Shown here: one piece after another, positions 20,415-29,052 of the stretch | Layout of the letters: each line of letters opens with the position of its first letter | How positions within the stretch are numbered: position 1 is the stretch's first letter | Assembly (NCBI GenBank): GCA_963665235.2 | Contig: CAXXLX010000002.1 | Span: 800,001 to 864,000 of the forward strand | Direction: 5' to 3' | From: Candidatus Poribacteria bacterium | GTDB taxonomy: Bacteria; Poribacteria; WGA-4E; WGA-3G | Length of the DNA stretch: 64,000 nt | Position numbers and translations under genes: made by a program | Notes under the pieces: generated by a model | Database searches by the model: none | Seen by the model: only the letters and a program-made list of their open reading frames with translations | Told to the model about the DNA's origin: nothing

Positions 20415-21701
20415 TTAAGATTGGATATCCTTTACACACCGAAAGCCGAAGGTAGGGAGCGTGTCCGTTGGATTACCTTTGAACCGGTAGGCACACCGCA
20501 CACCTGCGGAATCAATTCCCCATGAACCGCCACGCAACACGCGAGTGCTTTTAACGCTTTCGAAGTTTCGCGTTATCCACTCCACACTGTCTATGGCAGA
20601 GAAGGGATTTTGCGGTGAGGAATTCACATAGAAATAGGCATGATACGAATCCAGGCACCACTCCCACACGTTTCCACTTATGTCGTAGAGACCGTATCTG
20701 TTAGCAGGATAATGACCGACTGGTGTGGTATCACCAACATAATAGAAGTAGTTTGCATCGTCAGCACTTATTGAATCTCCCCACGGATATTTCTTGCCTG
20801 TCAAACCGCCCCGTGCGGCCTTCTCCCATTCCGCCTCTGTCGGTAAACGTTTCCCTTTCCACTGTGCGTACGCCATCGCTGCATACCAACTCACATTTAC
20901 AACCGGATGCTCACCTTTTCCACTCGGGTAGGTTTCATCCTCCCAATGCTTCAGGTAGCCTCCATCGTGATAGGCACTAGGAATATGGTCTTTGAACCAC
21001 CGCCGTTTGTGCCACTGTGGGTTAGCATCGACGAATTCCTTGAATTGTGTATTGGTTACCAAGTATTTGTCCATGAAAAATGCGTCGAGAGAAACGGTGT
21101 GAACCGGATGTTCGTCTTCGTTTGCTGCCGGGTCATCACTGCCCATTTGAAAATTGCCCGCTGGGATGAACGCCATGTCTGGCGGTGCGTCGATATTGGG
21201 TGTAACTATCTGATGATTTAATTCCTCAGTCTCAGTTAGCTCAGGCGGAGGCGATGGGTTTTCTTCCGGGAGTGCTTCTGCTTCAGTCTGCTGGAACATA
21301 GCGGCGTGTTCGTGCCTTTTCTGGGGGGCAATCAACGTATCCCGTGCTTGATTTAGAACGGTTCGCCACTGTTCCTCTGTTCTGCCATCGGCGCGGGGAC
21401 GACCCCCCGCCTTTAATGAAGCACTGTATAGGTTTTTGTGCGCTGCTGCCACGCGACTCATGACAGTCGTGTCGTTTAAGTTTTGAATCTCAGCGATTGA
21501 GAATCCCAATACCTCAAAATAGTTCACACGTTCACCGATACCTATTCCCGAGGCGTTGAAAATGTCAGTTGCTTCTTCAACAGTGAGACCGTGCTGCTGA
21601 ACGCCTAATCGGAGAAACCCTTTGCGTTGTTCGGCGGTAATTGTCGGTGAGGCGGTTTTAAGCGCCTTAAGAAATGCTATGAATTCCTCGCGTTTAGACA
21701 T
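20415..21701 (-). CDS. Helical domain + J-like domain + FGE-sulfatase protein, paralogue 1
   Basis: NYFEVLGF...PRADG...LNQARDTLIAPQKR; full FGE-fold motifs; starts 15 bp after the hsp70 stop. Confidence 0.85.
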   Translation of the reverse strand: MSKREEFIAFLKALKTASPTITAEQRKGFLRLGVQQHGLTVEEATDIFNASGIGIGERVNYFEVLGFSIAEIQNLNDTTVMSRVAAAHKNLYSASLKAGGRPRADGRTEEQWRTVLNQARDTLIAPQKRHEHAAMFQQTEAEALPEENPSPPPELTETEELNHQIVTPNIDAPPDMAFIPAGNFQMGSDDPAANEDEHPVHTVSLDAFFMDKYLVTNTQFKEFVDANPQWHKRRWFKDHIPSAYHDGGYLKHWEDETYPSGKGEHPVVNVSWYAAMAYAQWKGKRLPTEAEWEKAARGGLTGKKYPWGDSISADDANYFYYVGDTTPVGHYPANRYGLYDISGNVWEWCLDSYHAYFYVNSSPQNPFSAIDSVEWITRNFESVKSTRVLRGGSWGIDSAGVRCAYRFKGNPTDTLPTFGFRCVKDIQS

Positions 21702-21716
21702 AGGTTAAACCTTAAA

Positions 21717-23312
21717 CTATTCAACAACAAGGTCTTGTAGCTCCGTTTTTGCCTGTGCAACCTCTTCTTCATCGAGCGTAGGTCTCTCGATAATGGAAAA
21801 GATATCGTAAACCGCCGTGGGACCATCCTCGTCAAGGGATTTTGCTGTCACCTCAAGATTCTGATCCAGATTATATTTGTAGTTTACTTCAATCGGAGAC
21901 CCTTGCGGCAATCCATCGGGCAGTTCAAGGGTACATTCCCCCAATTTATAGTCATCAAATAGCTCAATTTCGCTTTTGTGCCTATCCTGTTCAAGCCCCT
22001 GCACCACTTCGATTAACGCCGAAGTCTGATTCTCATCTACTGTCAAAAACTTATCCGATCTTTCACACGGTATGGCTGTCATTTTGGGAATCATGACATG
22101 GATAATATGTTCGCGCTGTGGATTGAGCACGACGAGCCCGAGGTTGTGTGTAGCTCCATCTGTCACCGTTACCTTCGGTGCACCGTCCGGACCGAGAAAT
22201 CTATCAATAACAGCGTCAGGCATGTCTACTGTTTCGGGATTTCCCTCCGTGAGTTGGCGGAGCGTTCCCTGAATTGCTGCGCCAATCGCGACGACCTCGT
22301 CAGGATTGACTTCGTGTGGATTAATCTCTTTACCGCTGATTGCGGCGATCATTTCCTGGACCATGGGCATCCGAGTTGAGCCGCCCACCAATAGGATTTT
22401 GTCAACATCCGCCCAGGCCATTTCTGCCTCAGATAGGACAACGTCACACAAGGAGCGACACCTTTCGAGCAGGTCTGCGGTAAGTTCTGTAAATTTTTCG
22501 CCCGTTAATTCTACACGGGTCGTCTTTCCGTTGTATCCACAGACAATTAAGGCGCGCTGCCGCAAGGACAAAGATTCTTTTGCCCCGATTGCATCCATTT
22601 GAAGGTCCTGATATGTGTGAAGATCAGCTAGCGGATTTTCGCCGTGTTCAATTTCAAACATTTCAGCGACGTGTGTGATGATTTTATCGTCCCAATCCTT
22701 GCCGCCCAACCTATGGTCCCCGTTTGTCGCAAGCATCTGTATTTCCGATTCAGAAACCTTCATGATGGTTACGTCAAATGTTCCGCCGCCGAGGTCGAAC
22801 ACGAAGACATTTTGGTCGCTGCCCAATTGGTCAATGCCGTATGCTAGGGCGGCAGCGGTGGGCTCGTTTAGGACTTGCAGGACGTTCAATCCTGCGATTT
22901 TTCCAGCGTTGCGGGTTGCTTCCCTTTCAGCGTCATGAAAATAGGCGGGAACGGTGATGACCGCATCGGTAACCTCTTCATTCAGATAGGTTTCAGCATC
23001 CTGCTTGAGTTTTGTTAAGATAAGGGCGGAGAGTTCTTCAGGTGAATAATCCTTGTCGTTGAATGAGCGAAAAAATTCCTCTTTGGATTTACCCATCTCG
23101 CGTTTGACAAATTCCACAATCTGTTCGGGAACAGCTCTCGCGTTCTGTTTCGCAATCTTCCCAACCGTTATAAGAGTGTCCTCAAACATAATTACCGACG
23201 GGGTAATCCGCTCATTTTCTATATTGGGAATAATTTCCGCTTGTCCATGTTCATTGATGTGCGCTATCGCTGAAAACGTTGTCCCGAGATCGATTCCTAC
23301 AACCTTACCCAT
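21717..23312 (-). CDS. Specialised Hsp70 family protein, lid truncated
   Basis: [38 protein letters not shown]; 531 aa, ending just after the substrate-binding beta domain. Confidence 0.92.
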   Translation of the reverse strand: MGKVVGIDLGTTFSAIAHINEHGQAEIIPNIENERITPSVIMFEDTLITVGKIAKQNARAVPEQIVEFVKREMGKSKEEFFRSFNDKDYSPEELSALILTKLKQDAETYLNEEVTDAVITVPAYFHDAEREATRNAGKIAGLNVLQVLNEPTAAALAYGIDQLGSDQNVFVFDLGGGTFDVTIMKVSESEIQMLATNGDHRLGGKDWDDKIITHVAEMFEIEHGENPLADLHTYQDLQMDAIGAKESLSLRQRALIVCGYNGKTTRVELTGEKFTELTADLLERCRSLCDVVLSEAEMAWADVDKILLVGGSTRMPMVQEMIAAISGKEINPHEVNPDEVVAIGAAIQGTLRQLTEGNPETVDMPDAVIDRFLGPDGAPKVTVTDGATHNLGLVVLNPQREHIIHVMIPKMTAIPCERSDKFLTVDENQTSALIEVVQGLEQDRHKSEIELFDDYKLGECTLELPDGLPQGSPIEVNYKYNLDQNLEVTAKSLDEDGPTAVYDIFSIIERPTLDEEEVAQAKTELQDLVVE

Positions 23313-24000
23313 CCGTGTTACCTCCTTTCTCCGCTAAAGGCGGTTGCTCTGTAGCAGGCGTATAACGAAAGATAGTGACCTCCTCCGGTCGGAACACTTT
23401 ATCTCGCCAGTTGAACCCGATTTTATGAACTTCCGCAATTTTGCCATCCTGCTCCGGATCATCGGACGAGATGACCTTCCGTGTTTTGTGCAATTGTCGG
23501 TCAAGTGTTTGTAGCGTATCCTTATAAGGGGTCACGTCCATACGGTATAGCACTTCTTCAAGTTCAAAACGGAAGTTCTCCAAATTCTTTTGATAACGTG
23601 CCAGCTCATCCGGAAGACTATTCGCCTCGTTATCAACTATAATCTCATTGAGTTGTGTTTCAAGTAAAACAAAACTATCGTAAAGCTGGAGCAGGTTATG
23701 GATAATCGGTTTGTGAAGCACTTCAAGCAGGAATTGCTCCTTATACTCTTTCATCTCAGCGTACATTTTGTCGAACATCTGTGTCTGATTCTGGTTCCGC
23801 GCAATTTCCTTTTCAAATAAAGCTTGCAACGTTGTTAACTGTTGATTTAGCTCCGTGAGCGCAGTTGATTGAAGTAATTCAGCATCGGTTTGCCGCCGTG
23901 TATCAGCAGCGGCCCTATTTTCTTGACGGCGTAAAGCTGCGTCCGTTTCCACACCGGGCTTTGGTCTGGTATCCTCTTTTCCATTCACGTCGTTAGACAA
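23305..24000 (-). CDS. grpE: GrpE-like nucleotide exchange factor
   Basis: Long coiled coil, LLQLYDSF, then LH...IAEVHKIGF...VFRPEEV beta domain; TTG start after AGGAGG; 8-bp overlap with hsp70. Confidence 0.8.
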   Translation of the reverse strand: MSNDVNGKEDTRPKPGVETDAALRRQENRAAADTRRQTDAELLQSTALTELNQQLTTLQALFEKEIARNQNQTQMFDKMYAEMKEYKEQFLLEVLHKPIIHNLLQLYDSFVLLETQLNEIIVDNEANSLPDELARYQKNLENFRFELEEVLYRMDVTPYKDTLQTLDRQLHKTRKVISSDDPEQDGKIAEVHKIGFNWRDKVFRPEEVTIFRYTPATEQPPLAEKGGNTDG

Positions 24001-24219
24001 AATTGAATCCTCCTTGCATAGACAAAAGTGTTTTACTGCCAATAGAATATCATAAACAGAAAAAAAAGTCACGTTTAAAATTCGATTCGGGGAGTGTCCA
24101 TTTTGTCAAAGGAATAGAGAGGAAGTTTGAAGGTTGGAAGGATAGCTCACCGCTTAAATGGGACGTTTGTAGGCGCGCTTACAAAGAACGCCTACAAACG
24201 ATAGAGGGGTGCCTATTTT

Positions 24220-24409
24220 AACGTGAGTTTGGAAAAAGTTTTCCCTTAGTATTCGGGCAACCAGCTCGCTCCGTAGGGACGATATATTTATAGAAAAAGA
24301 CGTTTCCATCCTAATTCTTAGTCCCAGTATTCGGGCAAGCAGCCCGCTCTTTAAGGACGATATGTTTATAGGGGTTAGGCAAACCGACATTTATTATCAA
24401 ACTCACGTT
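24220..24409. mobile_element. MITE class E (AACGTGAGTTTG ends)
   Basis: AACGTGAGTTTG...CAAACTCACGTT with ATTTT duplicated; homologues at 28665-28902 and 52022-52268. Confidence 0.7.
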
Positions 24410-26873
24410 ATTTTAGAATTAACATACGACGCGTCGCTGAAAAGGAGCCCGCCTGAATCTGATAGAAATAGATACCGGAAGCGACATGTTCACTTAAGTT
24501 GTTACTGCCATCCCAATAGGCAGCCCGTGAACGGTTGCGATAATATCCTGCCCCCTTATGCCCTAGGTCAAGCGAGCGAACAACGGTGCCAGCGACATCG
24601 TAAATGGTAACCCTGACTGTCGCCGCCTCACTGAGTTGGTAGGGTATCCAAGTTTCCGGATTAAATGGATTCGGATAATTTTGTAGAAGACGCGGTGTTT
24701 CAGGGTGAGGCGACATTTCAAGCGTAACAGAGATGAAGCCTGTTTCAAGCATATCCGGCGTAACAGTGTATACTTGCGAGTCCCCTATAATATTACCCTC
24801 TGAATCAGCAATCCGAATTTCGAGAATATCACCGGCTTGAACGACAGCGTTCTGCATCAAATCACCGAAGGCAGCAGCGAAATACCCACGCCGCACAACA
24901 TCAATAACGGTGGTATGGGTCCGCTTGTTTGTTGCCCTGACAGTGTAACCTTCGGCAGTGTAGGGAAGCTTTCCGCTGACGACAAATGCCCACGTGTTCC
25001 CTGAACTGTTTACAGCGGGTGCAGCGAAGGCAGTCGGGGCATTTCCCCAAGCGTTTCCTCTGAACACAACAGTTTGGGCGGTTGGGACGTTAACAATATA
25101 TCCTTGTCCGCCCATAATTTCAAACCCATCGTCCGGTGCGTCTGCTGTAAACCCTTCAAATCTTTGATGCTGCGTATTGAACCGGATAAGCACTGTCGCA
25201 GCCAATTCTGTCATCAAAGTTCTAGCGGTGTAGGGTAAGTTCGGCTTAAGCGGAAGCGCAATCATATTCAAACCTTTTGCGAGCTCAACCGAAAAGGCGG
25301 GCTGTTCAAGAATAGCGAAGATAGTCGTAGTTCCGCTAACTTCGTTCCCCGTAACGAGGAGTGGATATTCTATAGGGCTGTCCGCTGCGTTGATGTACAG
25401 AATACCCTCCGGCCCGTGATCGCCGGCTGTGCTCTCTTCAGCATTGCCAGTGAAATCCCGATTGTTAATATACTGTACGAATTGGGGATGGGACGGGTCG
25501 GATATATCGTAAACGACAATTCCGCCGACGCGTTCGAACCCGATGAAAGCGTAAGTGTGTGCTCCAATCTGTCCGACCGCTATCCCTTCAGGCTCAGGGC
25601 CTTTATCGTCACTTCGCGTGTCGAAAGAATCGTTTTTGTCGTTGTTTGCATTGAAATCGTTCGGAATTAACGTGGCGGTGAGCTGTTCAAAGGCATCACC
25701 GCTATCAAAGATGAGTTGGCCATCTGCGCTCCAAATGGAGAAGGACCGCGCGCCATAATTGTAAATTGCTTCATGGAGACCATCACCATCCGCGTCTCCG
25801 GAGGCTGTTGTGGTTTTCAGTCGGCCTAGATTCTCAGATTCTTGGAGTTCTTCAGCATCAGTAAAAACCGTCGGATCCAATTCTAAATCGGCCACGCGAA
25901 CTTCCTCACTAAAACAGTCGTAGTCGCGAGCATCCCCTTCGTTTGCTGTAATCAGGAATGTTTCCCCGCCGGTCGTAAACGCTACGATGGCATCAGGTTG
26001 ATACATTCCACTGACCGGCCAGTTAGCGATATTAATTCCATCATCTTTGTCGCTTGCATCGAGACCACTGCCCTCCGCATAATTTTTGTATCCGAGCGGA
26101 AAGATGTTTGTCACCGTCGCGCTTGCTATGTTTAACACAGCAATTGCATTGTTTTCTTGAAGGACAACCCACGCTGTGCTAGAATCGGGAGCTACAGCGA
26201 TGTACTCCGGTTCGAGGTCCTGTGCAACAGTTGCCCCAGGGCCAAAGATGCGAATATCCGGGTGGATATTTTCGTGAGTGAAATGCCTAAAGTCGGCTGT
26301 ACGAACGTCGTTTTGGGTGAGATTCGCCACGCCATTTTTGAGTTCGATAACGCTTATTGAACCCTCCGGATCGCCGGCTTCCCCCGGAACACAATATTCG
26401 TCCGGTTCACCTTCATTTGCGACAAGAAGATAACGTCCATTAGGCGTGAAGATTAGCATATCCGGCAATGGGCCTACTGTCACCGCATTTAGAAATTCAC
26501 CGTCCGGGTTGAAAAAGACAGCTTTACCTGGGGCCTGTTTCAGCTCGGCTTCTATTGCGACCGCTACGACCCCATTATGCACAGCAACACTGTTAGCACT
26601 AGCACCATAAGCGGCAATGTCGATTTGAAAAAGGCGAACTGGCGTAGAGGGGGTGTTAATGTCCAGAACGTCGATATTACCGGAGTCGGCGTTCACTACA
26701 TAAAGCCGCTGGGTTTTGACATCATGTGCAACAATTTCTGCGGCGGATTCGTCAAAAATTCCACTTTGATATGTCCCGAGAGGTTGAATATCAAGTTGTG
26801 AAATAGCTGCTGAATTAAAGATAAATAATAGAAGTAAGCAGACCATTGACTTACTGCAAACTATCTTTTGCAT
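24408..26873 (-). CDS. Secreted choice-of-anchor-I / alkaline-phosphatase-associated beta-propeller protein with FlgD-Ig/T9SS-like tail
   Basis: Signal peptide; ANEGEP, DLEPEYI, YQPDAI, ANEGDAR, RSDDKGPEPEG, NEVSGTT; tail LLQNYPNPFNPETWIPYQL. Confidence 0.82.
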   Translation of the reverse strand: MQKIVCSKSMVCLLLLFIFNSAAISQLDIQPLGTYQSGIFDESAAEIVAHDVKTQRLYVVNADSGNIDVLDINTPSTPVRLFQIDIAAYGASANSVAVHNGVVAVAIEAELKQAPGKAVFFNPDGEFLNAVTVGPLPDMLIFTPNGRYLLVANEGEPDEYCVPGEAGDPEGSISVIELKNGVANLTQNDVRTADFRHFTHENIHPDIRIFGPGATVAQDLEPEYIAVAPDSSTAWVVLQENNAIAVLNIASATVTNIFPLGYKNYAEGSGLDASDKDDGINIANWPVSGMYQPDAIVAFTTGGETFLITANEGDARDYDCFSEEVRVADLELDPTVFTDAEELQESENLGRLKTTTASGDADGDGLHEAIYNYGARSFSIWSADGQLIFDSGDAFEQLTATLIPNDFNANNDKNDSFDTRSDDKGPEPEGIAVGQIGAHTYAFIGFERVGGIVVYDISDPSHPQFVQYINNRDFTGNAEESTAGDHGPEGILYINAADSPIEYPLLVTGNEVSGTTTIFAILEQPAFSVELAKGLNMIALPLKPNLPYTARTLMTELAATVLIRFNTQHQRFEGFTADAPDDGFEIMGGQGYIVNVPTAQTVVFRGNAWGNAPTAFAAPAVNSSGNTWAFVVSGKLPYTAEGYTVRATNKRTHTTVIDVVRRGYFAAAFGDLMQNAVVQAGDILEIRIADSEGNIIGDSQVYTVTPDMLETGFISVTLEMSPHPETPRLLQNYPNPFNPETWIPYQLSEAATVRVTIYDVAGTVVRSLDLGHKGAGYYRNRSRAAYWDGSNNLSEHVASGIYFYQIQAGSFSATRRMLILK

Positions 26874-26893
26874 AGTGTATATGTGCTCTTTAT

Positions 26894-28302
26894 CAAATCT
26901 TCCGCTACAAAACCCCCATGCTTTAGCTGGGGGATGTAGTAGCGGCGCATGAGTTGAAATTTTAATTTGACTTTTCCTGAAAAATGGGGTATACTCTATT
27001 TAATGCCTTAGCGGAGAATCTATAGACTTCTCCGCCCCTTTTTAGAGGCAGGTAGCAACTTTTCAAGGCAGGATACCCTTAGATGTATACCACAAAATAC
27101 AAACTTTTTCGTGCCCCGCGTAATCGTAATCTCAAGCGTTTAACGTGGGTGGCCCATGATGTTTGGAACTATTTTTTAGGTTGGCAGCGGACGCGCTATT
27201 CTCTTGGTCTTGCGTATATGTCGCTTCCTGAGATGTCGCGTGCCTTTACCGTCCTTAGGAACTCACATCCTGAAGTGTTTTCGCATTGGCGTGAGTTAGA
27301 CTCTTGGGCGGCGCGTGATATACTGCGGCGTTTAGACACCGGGTATCAGCGTTTTTTTAAGTGTATTGCGAAGCGTCCGCCTAAGTTTCGTTCATGGCGC
27401 AAACCGTATTCATTCACAATGTCCCCCTCTGGCTATAGTTTCTATGGTGATAGGGTCCGTATAATGGAAAAACAATATCGGTTTAATCTAAGCCGCGAGA
27501 TAGTAGGTAATATTAAGACAGTCACTATCAAAGCAGATAGCGTTGGTGACTTCTATATGTGTGTTGTAACAGATGACACCGTATCTGAAATCCTACCTAA
27601 GACGGGTAGTGCTGCAGGGTATGATTTCGGTATCAAAACGATGTTCACCTGTTCCGATGGCACAGCCTATGCGTCTCCTGAGTTCTATAAAACCTCTATG
27701 GCGGATTTGTCTGTAGCCCAACGTGCCCATGCTAAGAAAGTAAAGGGTAGCAACAACTGTGAGCGTTCCCGCTTAAATGTGGCGCGCAAACACCGTAAAA
27801 TCAAGAGACAACGTGAGGATCATCATTGGAAACTCGCGAAGCGTTTTGTGCATGAACAAGATCACCTCTGTTTTGAGACGTTGACTTTTGAGGGGATGAA
27901 ACGGTTGTGGGGGTGTCAAGTTTCTGATATTGCGCCCTACTCGTTTCATCAAAAGTTGCAACATCAAGCGGTCAAACACGGTAAAGAGGTTCACTATATT
28001 GACCGTTTTGAACCGACTTCTAAGACTTGTAGCCACTGTGGACAGCGAAAACAGCAGCTGGACTTGTCTGTTCGTCAATGGTGTTGTTCTACTTGCCATC
28101 AGAAACACCATCGTGACGTTAACGCTGCGATAAATATTTTAAAGGTTGGGGCGTCAACCTTTGGATTAGAGGATGTCAGCCTTGCTATTGCGAGCAGCCC
28201 TCGCAGACTTCACCCGAAGTCTATACCCCACAATCCGCACCAGAAAGCATGGGATTCACTTTCAAAAGAATCCCCCTTGCTTTAGCTGGGGGAGTATGTC
28301 AA
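26894..28302 (+). mobile_element. IS200/IS605-family element with tnpB only (IS1341-like)
   Basis: Left end follows TTTAT and has hairpin CCCCCATGCTTTAGCTGGGGG; right end GAAT-CCCCCTTGCTTTAGCTGGGGGAGTATGTCAA; no tnpA. Confidence 0.88.
27083..28285 (+). CDS. tnpB: RNA-guided endonuclease TnpB
   Basis: RuvC motifs GYDFGI, CFETL, HRDVNAAINI; zinc finger CSHC/CSTC; promoter TTGACT-17-TATACT at 26967-26995. Confidence 0.92.
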   Translation: MYTTKYKLFRAPRNRNLKRLTWVAHDVWNYFLGWQRTRYSLGLAYMSLPEMSRAFTVLRNSHPEVFSHWRELDSWAARDILRRLDTGYQRFFKCIAKRPPKFRSWRKPYSFTMSPSGYSFYGDRVRIMEKQYRFNLSREIVGNIKTVTIKADSVGDFYMCVVTDDTVSEILPKTGSAAGYDFGIKTMFTCSDGTAYASPEFYKTSMADLSVAQRAHAKKVKGSNNCERSRLNVARKHRKIKRQREDHHWKLAKRFVHEQDHLCFETLTFEGMKRLWGCQVSDIAPYSFHQKLQHQAVKHGKEVHYIDRFEPTSKTCSHCGQRKQQLDLSVRQWCCSTCHQKHHRDVNAAINILKVGASTFGLEDVSLAIASSPRRLHPKSIPHNPHQKAWDSLSKESPLL

Positions 28303-28318
28303 AGCTACTTGAATTTAA

Positions 28319-28902
28319 GGGTGTGTAAAGTTTTTGTACAACAGGACTTACGCAAATTTAGCAGGATGCTCGTAGGGGCGGGGTCTCCCCGTCCGCTAGG
28401 TCTCCCTCTAAATCCCATTATCTATGGACTTTATCAACGCGCTGCGTAAGTCCTATGTACAAGTTAATCTATTGATGTTTAAAACGGCCTGCTCCCATAG
28501 TGCGACTCATTGCTCATCAGAGCGGTGTTCGTAGTAGGGCAAATTTATTGCCCGTCGCAGCCCGGGTTCTAGTAGCAAAACCTATCACACATCACAACCC
28601 TATACAACCCGACGGGCGATGAATCGCCCTACTACAAACGGGTGTACGAAAACTTTACACACCCGATAATAAATGTTCGTTTTTCCTAACCTCTATAAAT
28701 ATATCGTCCTTAAAGAGCGGGCTGCTTGCCCGAATACTGGGACTAAGAGACCGGGCGTTAACGGATCTCTATAAATATATCGTCCTTAAAGAGCGGGCTG
28801 CTTGCCCGAATACTGGGACTAAGAGACCGGGCTGTTGTGTGTTTCTACGAACATACTGTCTATATTGGGCTAAGAGGTCAAAACTTTTTTCAAACTCACG
28901 TT
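28319..28902. mobile_element. Cluster of MITEs: class C (28319-28664, containing class D and GTAG-REPs) abutting a class E copy
   Basis: GGGTGTGTAAAGTTTTTGTAC...GTACGAAAACTTTACACACCC ends; inner CAGGACTTACGCA...TGCGTAAGTCCT; tandem CGTCCTTAAAGAGCGGGCTGCTTGCCCGAATACTGGGAC units. Confidence 0.7.
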
Positions 28903-29052
28903 CGATTTAGAAACATACACATTGGACAGAGAGATTGTTGGAGAACGGTGACACTCGCGTGGTTTTTCTGTAAAGAATGTATGTTAATTTCGTGAACGGT
29001 AGGCAACCGTGTAAGCAGGTCCGGAAACCTGCCTACACGGTTGGTTTTGAAG

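Noticed and set aside
16279-21701. FGE-domain proteins as sulfatase-maturing enzymes for the nearby sulfatases
   Set aside because: They lack the catalytic CxxxxC after RGGS and carry J-like N-termini
16279-21701. A complete diversity-generating retroelement
   Set aside because: No reverse transcriptase and no template/variable repeat pair differing at adenines were seen in the window
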